Shown piece after piece: positions 45,733 to 54,729 of a DNA stretch of 60,509 nucleotides. This DNA is from a virus (taxonomy: Duplodnaviria; Caudoviricetes). The stretch lies in the IMG/VR virus record IMGVR_UViG_3300012200_000002, positions 1-60,509 of that record; one strand, 5' to 3'. The position numbers were made by a program, and so were the translations under genes. The notes under the pieces were generated by a model. That model was not told the origin of the DNA. It made no database searches and saw only the letters and a list, made by a program, of their open reading frames with translations. Positions within the stretch are counted from its first letter, which is position 1. Each line of letters starts with the position of its first letter.

Positions 45733-48021
45733 TTAAGCACCTACTCCGAGCGTGGCCGAGGCGGGGTTCGGTCCGCCTGCGGGCATTGGCGCACCCTGGC
45801 CAGTGGCCCCGGCCACGCGCGCCTGTGGCCCTGTCCCCATCGCCCCGGCCATGATCCCGCCCATGGCTGAGGCGGCCGTGTTGCCGACCTCGAGGCCGGC
45901 GTTACCGGCTGGTACGCCGCCGTCCGACTCGCCTGGGCGCGCGGCGTTGTTGGTCGGTCCCTTGGCGCCTGGCCGCGGCGGCATGAGCGCGGTCGGTGTG
46001 CCGCCTGGGCCGAGCTCGCCGTCCTGCTTGAGCTGGGCGATCTTGGTCATCTCCTGGTCGCCCTGGATCTTGGCCGCGAGCTGCCAGATCAGCGCCTGCC
46101 CCTGCTCGCTCTTGAGCGCGTTCTCGACGTTGATGCGGTCGACTTCCTCGTCCGGGTGTTCCTCGCCCCAGCCGTCCTGCAGCCACGTGTACAGGCTCAG
46201 TGCACCACCCTTCCACCACTGGAACATGCCCTGCGCCAGAGGCAGGTTCGAGCCCTTCTTCATCGGGAAAATAATCTCGACGGTCCAGTCGCCGTGCAGG
46301 TCGGTCGAGCTCAGCTCGAGCAGGTCGTGGTAGGTGTTCGTCTTGGGGTCCCAGCGGCAGTACACCGGGATCGGCTCGCCCAGGATGTCCGACAGCGACG
46401 AGGTCTGCTCGAGCAAACACTCGCACGTGCGCTTGAGCGCGGACATGGCGCCGGCCAGGATCTGACCGAGGGCGTTCTCGCCCGAGGCCTGCGCGACCGC
46501 CTGTGAGAAACCGCCGTCGGACGGGTCACCACTGGTCAGCGAACGGCTCGGGCCGAAGTTCTCGAGCATGCCCAGGGCCATCTGCACGAACCACGAGACG
46601 TCCTTGTCGACGCCCGAGTGGACCGCCGGGGTGATCTTGCCGGCCACGTAGCTGACCGCGCCGCGGTGGACCTTGACCTTGGCCGGCTGGCCATTTTCGG
46701 TCCAGTACTTGGCGTCGGCGCCGGATGGGTCGGCGAACCAGCCGCCGAAGCCGACCTCATAAGCGTGGTGCACGACCGAGCTCACGGTCTGGTTCACGCC
46801 CATGATCAGCGGCGCGAAGATGCTTAGCAGCGGGATGCCCTTGCGATCGGGGTCGGTCTCGTTGGGGTGGTGCGCGCCGTAGAAGTAGCCGCCAGGAACC
46901 TCGGTGATGCCGTAGGTGCCGGCCAGGTCGACGTACGCCGCGGTGCGCTCGAGCTCGTAGTCGGTCACCTGGCCGTCGTCGTCGTACTTGGGCACCTCGC
47001 GCTGCAGGTAGGTCGGGTAGCTCCTGGTCGCCTGGCCGCTGGGCTTGCCGTCGGCGTTGCCAGGGGCCAGGTCGCCGACCTGGTAGTAGATCCCGCCAGG
47101 GACGACCAGGCCATACAGGGTGACCTCGAGGCCGCCATTTTTGAGCACGCGGCTGGGCGCCATCTGCTCGCTGGCGGTGTCCGGGCCAGGGCTGGGCTGG
47201 CCGATCAGATCCCAGTCGAAGCCGAGGCTATTGAGCGAGCGCACGCTGCGCACGCTGCGCAGCAGCATTGCGTCGACTTTGCCGGTGGACGGGTCGACGC
47301 CGATCGGCAGGCACACGTCGGCCGGCAGCACCTCGACCACGAATGGCAGGGCGCGCGCCTTCTCGTGGCTGTCGTACTGGTTGAAGGCCTTGGCGCTCTC
47401 AACCGCGTCGAGCTCGAACTCGTGCGGGTCGTCGGTGTAGAACGCGTCCTCGGGCGAGCGACCCAGGGCGTCACGCTGGAAAAACGGATGGATGTTGGTC
47501 CCCTCGACGTCGGTATCGCCGTCGTCCTCGGGGTCGGTGAAGTCCAGGATGTGCGACCAGGCGGCCGGCCGCGGCAGCACCAGCACGCCGTACTCGCCGT
47601 CGTTGGCGCCGTGGGCCACGAAGCTCTCCCACAGCACCTCGCCGTTGGAGCGCAGCTCGCTGAGCGCACCGCCGCCGCTGGGCGCGCCGAGCCAGTGCTC
47701 GATCTTGTCGGCCAGGCGGGTGGCCATCGGCCCGGCCATGGATGGGCGGCGCACACCAGGCTGCTTGCGGGTCAGGTACTGGATGATGTTCTGGACCATC
47801 AGCAGCGCGTGCGGCACGGTCACGCGGAAGGCGTCGGCGTTATCGATGTCGGTCGGCACGTGCGGCAGGATCTCGTTGCGGCGCAGACGCCCACACTGCG
47901 CGACGCGCGAGCGCGAGGCGCGGAAGCGCGCGTACTCAGACTGCCACAGGTCAGCCAGGCTGTAGTTCGAATCGGGCTCGAAGGAGTTCGACTCGAGCTT
48001 GTGGCGCGCCTGGGCTGGCAT
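45733..48021 (-). CDS. Putative portal protein
   Basis: 762 aa downstream of terminase; size, synteny and low-complexity C-terminal tail. Confidence 0.7.
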   Translation of the reverse strand: MPAQARHKLESNSFEPDSNYSLADLWQSEYARFRASRSRVAQCGRLRRNEILPHVPTDIDNADAFRVTVPHALLMVQNIIQYLTRKQPGVRRPSMAGPMATRLADKIEHWLGAPSGGGALSELRSNGEVLWESFVAHGANDGEYGVLVLPRPAAWSHILDFTDPEDDGDTDVEGTNIHPFFQRDALGRSPEDAFYTDDPHEFELDAVESAKAFNQYDSHEKARALPFVVEVLPADVCLPIGVDPSTGKVDAMLLRSVRSVRSLNSLGFDWDLIGQPSPGPDTASEQMAPSRVLKNGGLEVTLYGLVVPGGIYYQVGDLAPGNADGKPSGQATRSYPTYLQREVPKYDDDGQVTDYELERTAAYVDLAGTYGITEVPGGYFYGAHHPNETDPDRKGIPLLSIFAPLIMGVNQTVSSVVHHAYEVGFGGWFADPSGADAKYWTENGQPAKVKVHRGAVSYVAGKITPAVHSGVDKDVSWFVQMALGMLENFGPSRSLTSGDPSDGGFSQAVAQASGENALGQILAGAMSALKRTCECLLEQTSSLSDILGEPIPVYCRWDPKTNTYHDLLELSSTDLHGDWTVEIIFPMKKGSNLPLAQGMFQWWKGGALSLYTWLQDGWGEEHPDEEVDRINVENALKSEQGQALIWQLAAKIQGDQEMTKIAQLKQDGELGPGGTPTALMPPRPGAKGPTNNAARPGESDGGVPAGNAGLEVGNTAASAMGGIMAGAMGTGPQARVAGATGQGAPMPAGGPNPASATLGVGA

Positions 48022-48024
48022 CAG

Positions 48025-48498
48025 CTATTGCTCCGCTGGGAACGTGATGCCCGACCACGAGTAGTAGGAGTTCGCCACGATCGGCGCCGGGATGATGCCC
48101 TGGATGCTGATGCCGCCGTCGGGCTGGACGTACCACGAGCTGACGCGGTCGGTCTGGCACGGCGTCGAGAAGTAGTGGTACTTCCTGGGGCGAAAGCCCG
48201 CGGGCAACGTGGCCACGACGTTGCCGAGCCCCGGCGTGGCACCTGAGTTGAGGAGGCCACGCAAGTGGACGAAGCCATTGGCGTCCTTCACATATCCGGG
48301 CAGGTTCCAGGAGGTCTCTGGAGGGTCCCAGGCAGCCCAGGGTGCGGTGAGGATCAGGGTCGTCCACGGCGGAAGGGCCAGACTGCCGCTCAGGTTGAGT
48401 GGGTCGCTCTGCGCCCAGGCCGCGATGCGGTTGACCTGGGCGACGACCTGATCGACACGCGCTCGCGTCGAGAGTGGATCGAACAGCTTGGTCGGCAT
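48025..48498 (-). CDS. Fibre-tip-like beta domain protein
   Basis: GYVKD.NGFVHLRG...ATLPAGFRP motif common in fibre C-termini. Confidence 0.7.
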   Translation of the reverse strand: MPTKLFDPLSTRARVDQVVAQVNRIAAWAQSDPLNLSGSLALPPWTTLILTAPWAAWDPPETSWNLPGYVKDANGFVHLRGLLNSGATPGLGNVVATLPAGFRPRKYHYFSTPCQTDRVSSWYVQPDGGISIQGIIPAPIVANSYYSWSGITFPAEQ

Positions 48499-48502
48499 CT
48501 AT

Positions 48503-49066
48503 CTAGGCCGGCACATAGCTCACGAACTCACTCCAGGCCGCCTCGAGCTCGAGCTGGCGCTGCTGCAGCGTGGACGGGAAGCGATCGATGCGCTGCCCGG
48601 TCACGGTCAGGAAGCGTTTGGCCGAGTAGAACTCGATCCACTCGCGGATGCGCCGCCCAGGCGGCAGCCAGCCGAAGCAGAAGATGCGGAAGCCGTCGCG
48701 ACCGGGCGTGATCTCGGTGTACGAACCGAGCTGCTCGCAAATGCGCGCGGCGGTCTCGAGGTGCTCGCTGACGTGGTCCAGGTCGATGCCCACGATGCCG
48801 TGCTCGTGGACGGCGAAGCTGATACCACCGAAGCGCGAGCGGCCGCTGCGGTAGGTGTAGTAGGCGTCGTCGAAGGGCGCCCAGGTCTCGGGGTGGCTGG
48901 CGTAGGCGCGCTCGTCCGGGTAACGCGCCTGGTACGGCGGCTTGGAGATGCGCCCGCTGTCGTCGGCTTCGTAGCGCCAGCACGCCCAGGCGTCGATCGC
49001 GCGCAGCTCGCGCGGAATGCCGTCGGGGTTGACGGCGAGCGGGTTGCTCGGATCGCCGCCGCTCAT
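48503..49066 (-). CDS. Stand-alone NrS-1-like primase-polymerase (AEP) domain
   Basis: IPRELR...WACW, KPPY, PETW..F, GIDLDH, SYTEITP, IEFY..RFLTVTG. Confidence 0.8.
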   Translation of the reverse strand: MSGGDPSNPLAVNPDGIPRELRAIDAWACWRYEADDSGRISKPPYQARYPDERAYASHPETWAPFDDAYYTYRSGRSRFGGISFAVHEHGIVGIDLDHVSEHLETAARICEQLGSYTEITPGRDGFRIFCFGWLPPGRRIREWIEFYSAKRFLTVTGQRIDRFPSTLQQRQLELEAAWSEFVSYVPA

Positions 49067-49185
49067 TGTGACGCCGGCCTCGTAAACGCTCGAGGGGCTG
49101 CCGGTGCATAGAGGTGGCGGGGGCGCCACTGCGGCGCGTAAGCGGTGTTATCCCGCAACAAATTACGAGCCCCCGCCTTCACCGC

Positions 49186-50718
49186 TCATCGGATCCCCGC
49201 GAGCGCAGCTTTGGCCCAGTCGGGCGGGCCCTGGGTCTCCTCGTACACGACGCGCGCGGTCTTGCCCAGCAGCAGCATCCTCGAGCGGATGCTCTCGAGC
49301 TTTTCGACGGACATCCTGACCAGGTAGGCCAGCGCGTCGATCTGGTCGTCGTGCTCGCTCTTGGGGAACATCGACATCTCGCGCGACAGCAGCGGCCACC
49401 AGGGCGCGCGGCGGTCGACGGTGATCAGCCCGGCCTTGGCCCGGCCAGGGATGATCATGGCCCTGGTCACCTTGTCGTTGTCCGCGGGGATGGCCTCGAA
49501 CGAGCAGCTAAAGCCGCGGTTGTTGCAGAAGATCTCCAGCCGCCGGCACAGGTCCATCGTCGCGCCTTGCTTTTCGAAGGCGCGCTTTTCGATGCCGACC
49601 ATGATCGGCCGCCACAGCAGGATCCACTCGCCGATCATGTCCTCGTGGCGTGCGTCCGAGAGGTGCTCGCGGAAGACGTCGATGATGTGCAGCCGCGGCA
49701 AAATGGCCTTGCGTTCGACGGCGCCCAGCATGCCCACGGTCCAGTCGGCGGTCTCGGCGTCCGAGTAGTTCAGATCGAGCGTGGCGATCAGGTCGACGGT
49801 GTCCGTCTCGAGGCGCGGCGTCTGCGGGAACCAGGCCTGGTTGAGCACCATGCCGGCGCGCGGCGTGGGTCGCTGCTGGTACTGCGCCGAGTAGGCGTAC
49901 GGGCCGAGCTGGATGGCCCGCTGGCGCATCGTGTCGCGGTTGAAGCGCTCGGGCGTGAGCAGTTCGCCCTCGGTCGTGCGCTGGTCGTGCGGCGCGCCGC
50001 TCAGCGAGCAGAAGTCCGGGCGGTCTTCACCACTCGGCGGCTCGTACTCCTCACGAAGCTCGATGTGGTGGACGGTTGGCCCCTCGCGCTCGAGCCACTC
50101 GGCGGTCGCGTCTTCCTCGTGCACACGCTGGCCGATCACTACTCGCGCGCCACCGGGCAGGACGCGGCTGGGGAAGACCTCGCGCAGGGTGGTCAGGGTG
50201 GCCGAGCGGATGGCCTCACTCTCAACGCGGTTGACGTTGTGCGGGTCGTCGACCAGCACGAAGTGCGCGTGGTGGCTGGTGACCGCGCCGTTGACGCTGG
50301 TGGCGATGCGCCAGCCGGTGCGGTTGTTCTGGTACCAGCTCTTGACGTTCTGGTCGCCGGCGAACGACCACGGCTCGAGGATGCGCCGCTGGTACCACTC
50401 GGAGCGCATCAGCAGGCGCGTGCGCTGCGCGTCGCGGATGGCGATCGCGTCGTCGTAGCTGGTGGTCAGCCAGCGCGTCCAGGGCGCCCAGGTCCAGCAC
50501 CAGGCCGGCCACAGCACGGCGCAGATGAGCGACTTCGACGAGCCCGGCGGCTCGTTGATCAGCAGGTCGCGTTCGTCGAGCTCACCCAGGCTGAGGGCCT
50601 GCAGGTGAGCGCACAGCACCGTGATGTGCCAGCCGTGGACGTACGGCACGCTGGGCTCGAGGATTGGCCAGGCGCCGCGTACGAAGTCCTCGAGGTCCAG
50701 TGTTGGGCGCGCATCAGG
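49186..50718 (-). CDS. terL: Terminase large subunit (no convincing own start; see frameshift finding)
   Basis: LLINEPPGSSKS Walker A-like, VLVDDPH Walker B, YSAQYQQRP, and HDDQIDA nuclease motif. Confidence 0.9.
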   Translation of the reverse strand, partial: PDARPTLDLEDFVRGAWPILEPSVPYVHGWHITVLCAHLQALSLGELDERDLLINEPPGSSKSLICAVLWPAWCWTWAPWTRWLTTSYDDAIAIRDAQRTRLLMRSEWYQRRILEPWSFAGDQNVKSWYQNNRTGWRIATSVNGAVTSHHAHFVLVDDPHNVNRVESEAIRSATLTTLREVFPSRVLPGGARVVIGQRVHEEDATAEWLEREGPTVHHIELREEYEPPSGEDRPDFCSLSGAPHDQRTTEGELLTPERFNRDTMRQRAIQLGPYAYSAQYQQRPTPRAGMVLNQAWFPQTPRLETDTVDLIATLDLNYSDAETADWTVGMLGAVERKAILPRLHIIDVFREHLSDARHEDMIGEWILLWRPIMVGIEKRAFEKQGATMDLCRRLEIFCNNRGFSCSFEAIPADNDKVTRAMIIPGRAKAGLITVDRRAPWWPLLSREMSMFPKSEHDDQIDALAYLVRMSVEKLESIRSRMLLLGKTARVVYEETQGPPDWAKAALAGIR

Positions 50719-51235
50719 GCTCGGCGTCCAGGCTGCCGTTTCGGGTGGCAGGGTCGGGCTCGGGGAGCGGTCGCCACTCGAGCTCGTCGGGTTCAAAATT
50801 GAGAGACCGGATGAACCGGGCGACCTGGTTCCAGGCCACTTCATCCAGTCGGGCCAGTTGATCAGCGCTTTGTCTTTCGATGTAGCCGGGTCGAGCAGTT
50901 GATCGGGCGCGATTCGCAATACTCTGGAGGTTGGCGATGATCGCGTCGTAGACATAGCGGGCTATGCGCTCTCTGCTGCGATCGCGGCCGTCGTCGTGGC
51001 CGATCGGGACGTCGTCGACTTCCTGAAAATCGGTGACCTTGGGCGTGCGTACGCCGAAGGCCTTGAGGTGGTCCTTGTGCCAGAACTGCACGGTCTGGCG
51101 GCTGACCCCGAGCTTGGCAGCCAGGGCGCGCGCGGTGGCGGTGCCGGCGATGATGGCGGCCACGGCCTCAGCACGCTGCTCGGCGGTGATGTCGTGGCGC
51201 TGGCGTCGGTCGATCGGAGGGCGTTCGTCGGCCAT
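50714..51235 (-). CDS. terS: Putative terminase small subunit (HTH)
   Basis: N-terminal HTH (ALAAKLGVSRQTVQFW); directly upstream of terL. Confidence 0.7.
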   Translation of the reverse strand: MADERPPIDRRQRHDITAEQRAEAVAAIIAGTATARALAAKLGVSRQTVQFWHKDHLKAFGVRTPKVTDFQEVDDVPIGHDDGRDRSRERIARYVYDAIIANLQSIANRARSTARPGYIERQSADQLARLDEVAWNQVARFIRSLNFEPDELEWRPLPEPDPATRNGSLDAEP

Positions 51236-51367
51236 TGCACGTGGGCTGCTGGCCCAGTATGGGCAGCGGCATAGGTGTGAGGGACCCGCCTGCACGGGCG
51301 GTTTTGAGATGGCCTCGTGATGCCATGGGCAGCCACCGCGGGCCCGTCGTGCAAGCACCATTTGCCT

Positions 51368-51727
51368 ATGACGATCGAAGCAGTGGAAATGCTCTCTGTC
51401 CGCGCTGCAGCCAAGCTTTTGGCCATGTCCACCCGCACTGTCCGGCGCTATTGCGAGCGCGGTGATCTCAGGGGTGAGCGCGGCGCGGACGGCTGGACAG
51501 TCAGCAAGGCCGAGGTAGACCGCTATGTGGCTGCACGGCGGTCACGCACTCTGATAACGCCAGGCTCAAGGTCGATCATTCGTCTGGCGCTGCCGGCCGA
51601 GCGCAGCTCGCTCGATGAGATGAACGCCAAGCTCGATCGCGTGCTCGAGCTGCTCGAGGAGCGAGAGCAGCAGGCGCTGCCGCAACCGCGTAAAGCGTGG
51701 TGGTTGCGCCTGGTCCGCGCGAGCTAG
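51368..51727 (+). CDS. Excisionase/MerR-like HTH protein with coiled coil
   Basis: LSVRAAAKLL..STRTVRRYCERGDL...W; ends KAWWLRLVRAS. Confidence 0.8.
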   Translation: MTIEAVEMLSVRAAAKLLAMSTRTVRRYCERGDLRGERGADGWTVSKAEVDRYVAARRSRTLITPGSRSIIRLALPAERSSLDEMNAKLDRVLELLEEREQQALPQPRKAWWLRLVRAS

Positions 51728-51754
51728 TTCGTCTGACTTGCGCTAAGCTGTGAG

Positions 51755-51841
51755 GGTCAGCTCCCGTCGGTGCGGTTCATATAACACTTGCGGGGGTTCG
51801 GCCACACTCCGCGGGGCGTGAGACCTCAAGGCTCGCGCCCC
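51755..51841 (+). ncRNA. Candidate antisense sRNA complementary to the ATGAACCGCACCG tag
   Basis: Possible -10 TAAGCT at 51744-51749; CGTCGGTGCGGTTCAT at 51765-51780; two hairpins with G-U pairs that form only on the + strand. Confidence 0.55.
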
Positions 51842-52032
51842 GTAGAGCTCCGCTCTGCAGCGGCCCTCTTGCGTACGAGCCGCGCCCACTGCCGGTCGAT
51901 ATGCGACTCGATTGCGATTAGCGCATATGCGCGCGGGTCGCGGCGGTCATCCGCGGCGAGCTCAGAGAGTTTGCGCCAGCGATCCTCATCGAGCTGCAGG
52001 TCGCCCAGGTGCACACGGCGAGACGGCGTCAT
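51826..52032 (-). CDS. Possible ribbon-helix-helix protein
   Basis: GGGAGG SD; LQLDEDRWRKLSELAADDRR...IAIESHI pattern. Confidence 0.65.
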   Translation of the reverse strand: MTPSRRVHLGDLQLDEDRWRKLSELAADDRRDPRAYALIAIESHIDRQWARLVRKRAAAERSSTGREP

Positions 52033-52161
52033 ACCAGCGGTCCTCCCAGTCACAGCCAGTGCGCTCGCAGTACGCCCGCCCAGGGGCGAAGCGGACCAGG
52101 TGACCGAACAACGGCCACAGCCAGCCCGTGATCCACCACTCGCCGATGCGGCAGCGCAGGG

Positions 52162-52605
52162 TCATTCACGGTCGAGCAGCAGGCGCAGCAGGGCGTTCTG
52201 CGCCTGGGTTACCGCGGCCAGTTGTTTGAGCGACCAGGCGATGTCAGCCAGGGAGCGTTCGACAGTAGGTGGCGTGGGGGGCTTCTCGAGCTGACCGTTG
52301 GGGTTGAGCTGAGCGAGCGCACGGCGGATCTTGCGCACGTGCGTCTGGCCGATGCCGTGGCACGCGAGCAACTCCACGTCACTGGCCTGGGCCAATTCGT
52401 CGAGCGTTGCGTAGCCGTTGTTGACCAGGATGTGGGCGGGCACCGGCCAGTCGCGATCGCTGCGGCCAAGCTCTGCGCGCAGCGTGCCAATCACGACGTC
52501 ATGGTGGCGAGCACACCACCAGTGTTTGCCGTTGCGCCAGTCATATGCCATTGAATCGCCACACACCTCGCAGGGGTGCGACTCGACAAACTCCTCGAGT
52601 GTCAC
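52162..52605 (-). CDS. Zn ribbon plus RNAP alpha-CTD-like HhH domain protein
   Basis: CEVC; ILVNNGYATLDELAQASDVELL..HGIG...VRKIR. Confidence 0.7.
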   Translation of the reverse strand: MTLEEFVESHPCEVCGDSMAYDWRNGKHWWCARHHDVVIGTLRAELGRSDRDWPVPAHILVNNGYATLDELAQASDVELLACHGIGQTHVRKIRRALAQLNPNGQLEKPPTPPTVERSLADIAWSLKQLAAVTQAQNALLRLLLDRE

Positions 52606-53762
52606 TTCGCTACAGGGAAGGCCTCGCCAGCGCGTGTGCCAGGGCCGCGCTGGGCGTGCCAGGTCAACTGCTGCATCTGTTCGCCAGCGCGCCAGGCGTT
52701 CCAGGCCTTGATGCCCAGCGCCACCAGGTGCTCACGGTCGGCGAGGCCATTGGGCATGCGCTTGTCGGTGATGAGCCGATTGCGAAAGCGCAGGATGGGG
52801 CTGTCGCGCTCGAGCTGGGCGCCAGTGCTGAGCGACTCGGCAAAGATGTACGTCGCGTCGCGATCGACGCGCAGCAGCAGCACGAGCAGTATCCCGAGCA
52901 ACCCCGCTCCACCGGCCAGGCCGGCGCTCCTGACCTTGTTGGCCAGCAGCACGCCATCCTCCACCTCGTCGTGCTCCTTGACGTAGCGCAGTAGGGCGGT
53001 GTGGCTGATCAGTGGATCCAATTCCTTGCGATTAGGTGGGTCGAGGCGGCCGCTGGCTTCGATCAGGACCAGGCCGCGCGCCGCGGACGCGAGGGCCACA
53101 CGGTTCTGGTAGCCGGCGATGCCCAGCACGTCGCCGGGCGTCCTGTTTTTGCCCGTGTCGAAGACGGTGAAGTCCTCTTCACCGACGCCGCGGATGACCA
53201 CCGAGCGGATCGTCAGGCCAGCCGCGACGACCGCGCTCAGGCGGTGCTTGCCGTCGCGTACGCGACCCTGTGCGTCGAGCTTGATGGTGTCCCCGGTGAG
53301 CCGCCACTCGCCACGCCGGATCGCATTGGCGTATCTATTTACGCGGCCTTTGGTCGGTACACGGTTGTTGCCGCCACGGGCCAGCCAGGCCTGGGCTGTG
53401 GCCGGGCTGATCTCCATGATCTCGATCGACAGCGGCGCGCCCTGACCCAGGTCGAGCCCATTCAGGCTGAGCGGTGTCGCCTCGACAGGCGGCTGCTTCG
53501 CAGTAGCGACGCGTCGAAAGGAGCCGCCGCCGTGCGCGTCGCCAGGCAGCAAGCTGCTCTTGGGGACGTACTGGGTCATGAAGATGTCGTAGGCCAGCGA
53601 GTGCGTGCGGTTCTCGTCCACCTTCTGGTTGCCCATCGCCACCCCGCCGCCTCGGTTCTGGAAAAAGACGCTCACGCCGTTCGTGTCGGAGACCTCAATT
53701 TCGGCCTCGGCGTGCTTGCCACGCTTGCGTATCCAGCGTGTACCAGGTGCGGGCCTGGTCAT
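52602..53762 (-). CDS. ParB/Srx-like domain protein
   Basis: ISPATAQAWL..NNR...YANAI..GEW...DGKHRLSAV. Confidence 0.75.
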   Translation of the reverse strand: MTRPAPGTRWIRKRGKHAEAEIEVSDTNGVSVFFQNRGGGVAMGNQKVDENRTHSLAYDIFMTQYVPKSSLLPGDAHGGGSFRRVATAKQPPVEATPLSLNGLDLGQGAPLSIEIMEISPATAQAWLARGGNNRVPTKGRVNRYANAIRRGEWRLTGDTIKLDAQGRVRDGKHRLSAVVAAGLTIRSVVIRGVGEEDFTVFDTGKNRTPGDVLGIAGYQNRVALASAARGLVLIEASGRLDPPNRKELDPLISHTALLRYVKEHDEVEDGVLLANKVRSAGLAGGAGLLGILLVLLLRVDRDATYIFAESLSTGAQLERDSPILRFRNRLITDKRMPNGLADREHLVALGIKAWNAWRAGEQMQQLTWHAQRGPGTRAGEAFPVAK

Positions 53763-53786
53763 CGGTCGTCACGTGCAGGCAGCAGT

Positions 53787-53972
53787 TCAGTCTTGTTCGG
53801 TGCGGCCATATCTCGCAAGCTTAGCTTGCACGTTACGCTGGCGCCACCAGCACGACAGACAGCGCATGCCGGGTTTCCACTGGTACGGCCTCGAGCGCAG
53901 TGGACGACCGCACTGGGCGCATGTACCACTCGGAATCGGCCGATCGTGATTGTCCTGTGACAAGTGGGTCAT
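53787..53972 (-). CDS. Small Zn-finger protein
   Basis: CAQC...CLSC; coupled start. Confidence 0.5.
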   Translation of the reverse strand: MTHLSQDNHDRPIPSGTCAQCGRPLRSRPYQWKPGMRCLSCWWRQRNVQAKLARYGRTEQD

Positions 53973-54304
53973 TTCTTGCTTTGCAGCACGGCGATGTGCG
54001 CCTCGGCGTCTGACCAACCGTTGCGCAGTCGGGCCACCTCGGCGTGCAGGTACTTGAGCTCAACGCGCAGTCGGTTGATCTCAGCCCGTGCCGCGGCCAG
54101 GGGGCTCGTATGGGACGGGACGCAGCCATCGTTCATGGTGTGCGAGCGCTGGCCAGAACCGACCGTGGTCACCTCGGCGTGCAGGTACCTGATCAGTGTG
54201 TCGTCCGCAGCAAGCTGATCCTGCAGCCGCTCGACCTTGGCGCGCAATGCGTCGCGCTCCTCGGCTGCCTTCAGCAGCTCACTGAGCGACACCGGTGGGG
54301 TCAT
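53969..54304 (-). CDS. Coiled-coil protein with duplicated YLHAEV
   Basis: ATGA coupling. Confidence 0.6.
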   Translation of the reverse strand: MTPPVSLSELLKAAEERDALRAKVERLQDQLAADDTLIRYLHAEVTTVGSGQRSHTMNDGCVPSHTSPLAAARAEINRLRVELKYLHAEVARLRNGWSDAEAHIAVLQSKK

Positions 54305-54582
54305 TCGGCCTGGGCCTCGTTGGGGTCGACCAGGCGATCGATCAGCCCCGCGCTTTCGAGCAAGCCGACGTGGCTGCCAGGGCCCGCACGGATCGGCGCG
54401 CGCAGCTCGAAGCCGTCGGCTGACACGGTCGGCATGTGCGGGTTGGCCGCGCCGGCGTCCAGGCCTGGCCAGTGGAACTGCAGGTGGCAGCTCGTGCAGC
54501 GCACCTGCACCGTGGCGATCAGCCCGAAGTCGGTGGCCGCGGCGCTCGAGGCGAACTCGAGCTCAGGGTGCGCGCAGTTCAC
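54301..54582 (-). CDS. Zn-binding hypothetical protein
   Basis: CxH...CTSC...SADGFELRAPI. Confidence 0.65.
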   Translation of the reverse strand: MNCAHPELEFASSAAATDFGLIATVQVRCTSCHLQFHWPGLDAGAANPHMPTVSADGFELRAPIRAGPGSHVGLLESAGLIDRLVDPNEAQAE

Positions 54583-54729
54583 GGCAACTCGGACACACCG
54601 CGGACTGTGGCACGGGGCACGCCCGGCGGCTTTTGCGCACTCAGGTGACCCGCGGCCAGACGACGCGGCCGCAGTGCTGGCACTTGACGCGCACGTGGTG
54701 ATGCCACTGGCTCTCGGGACCTGGCCGCT

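Noticed and set aside
50719-50955. N-terminal ~80-aa extension of terL from ATG 50955
   Set aside because: It overlaps terS in another frame, lacks an SD and has off-frame-like composition.
50316-53612. Partial anti-tag strings CGGTGCGGTT (about 50316) and GTGCGGTTC (about 53605)
   Set aside because: They lie inside coding genes as Asn-Arg-Thr codons and lack the CAT complementary to the AUG.
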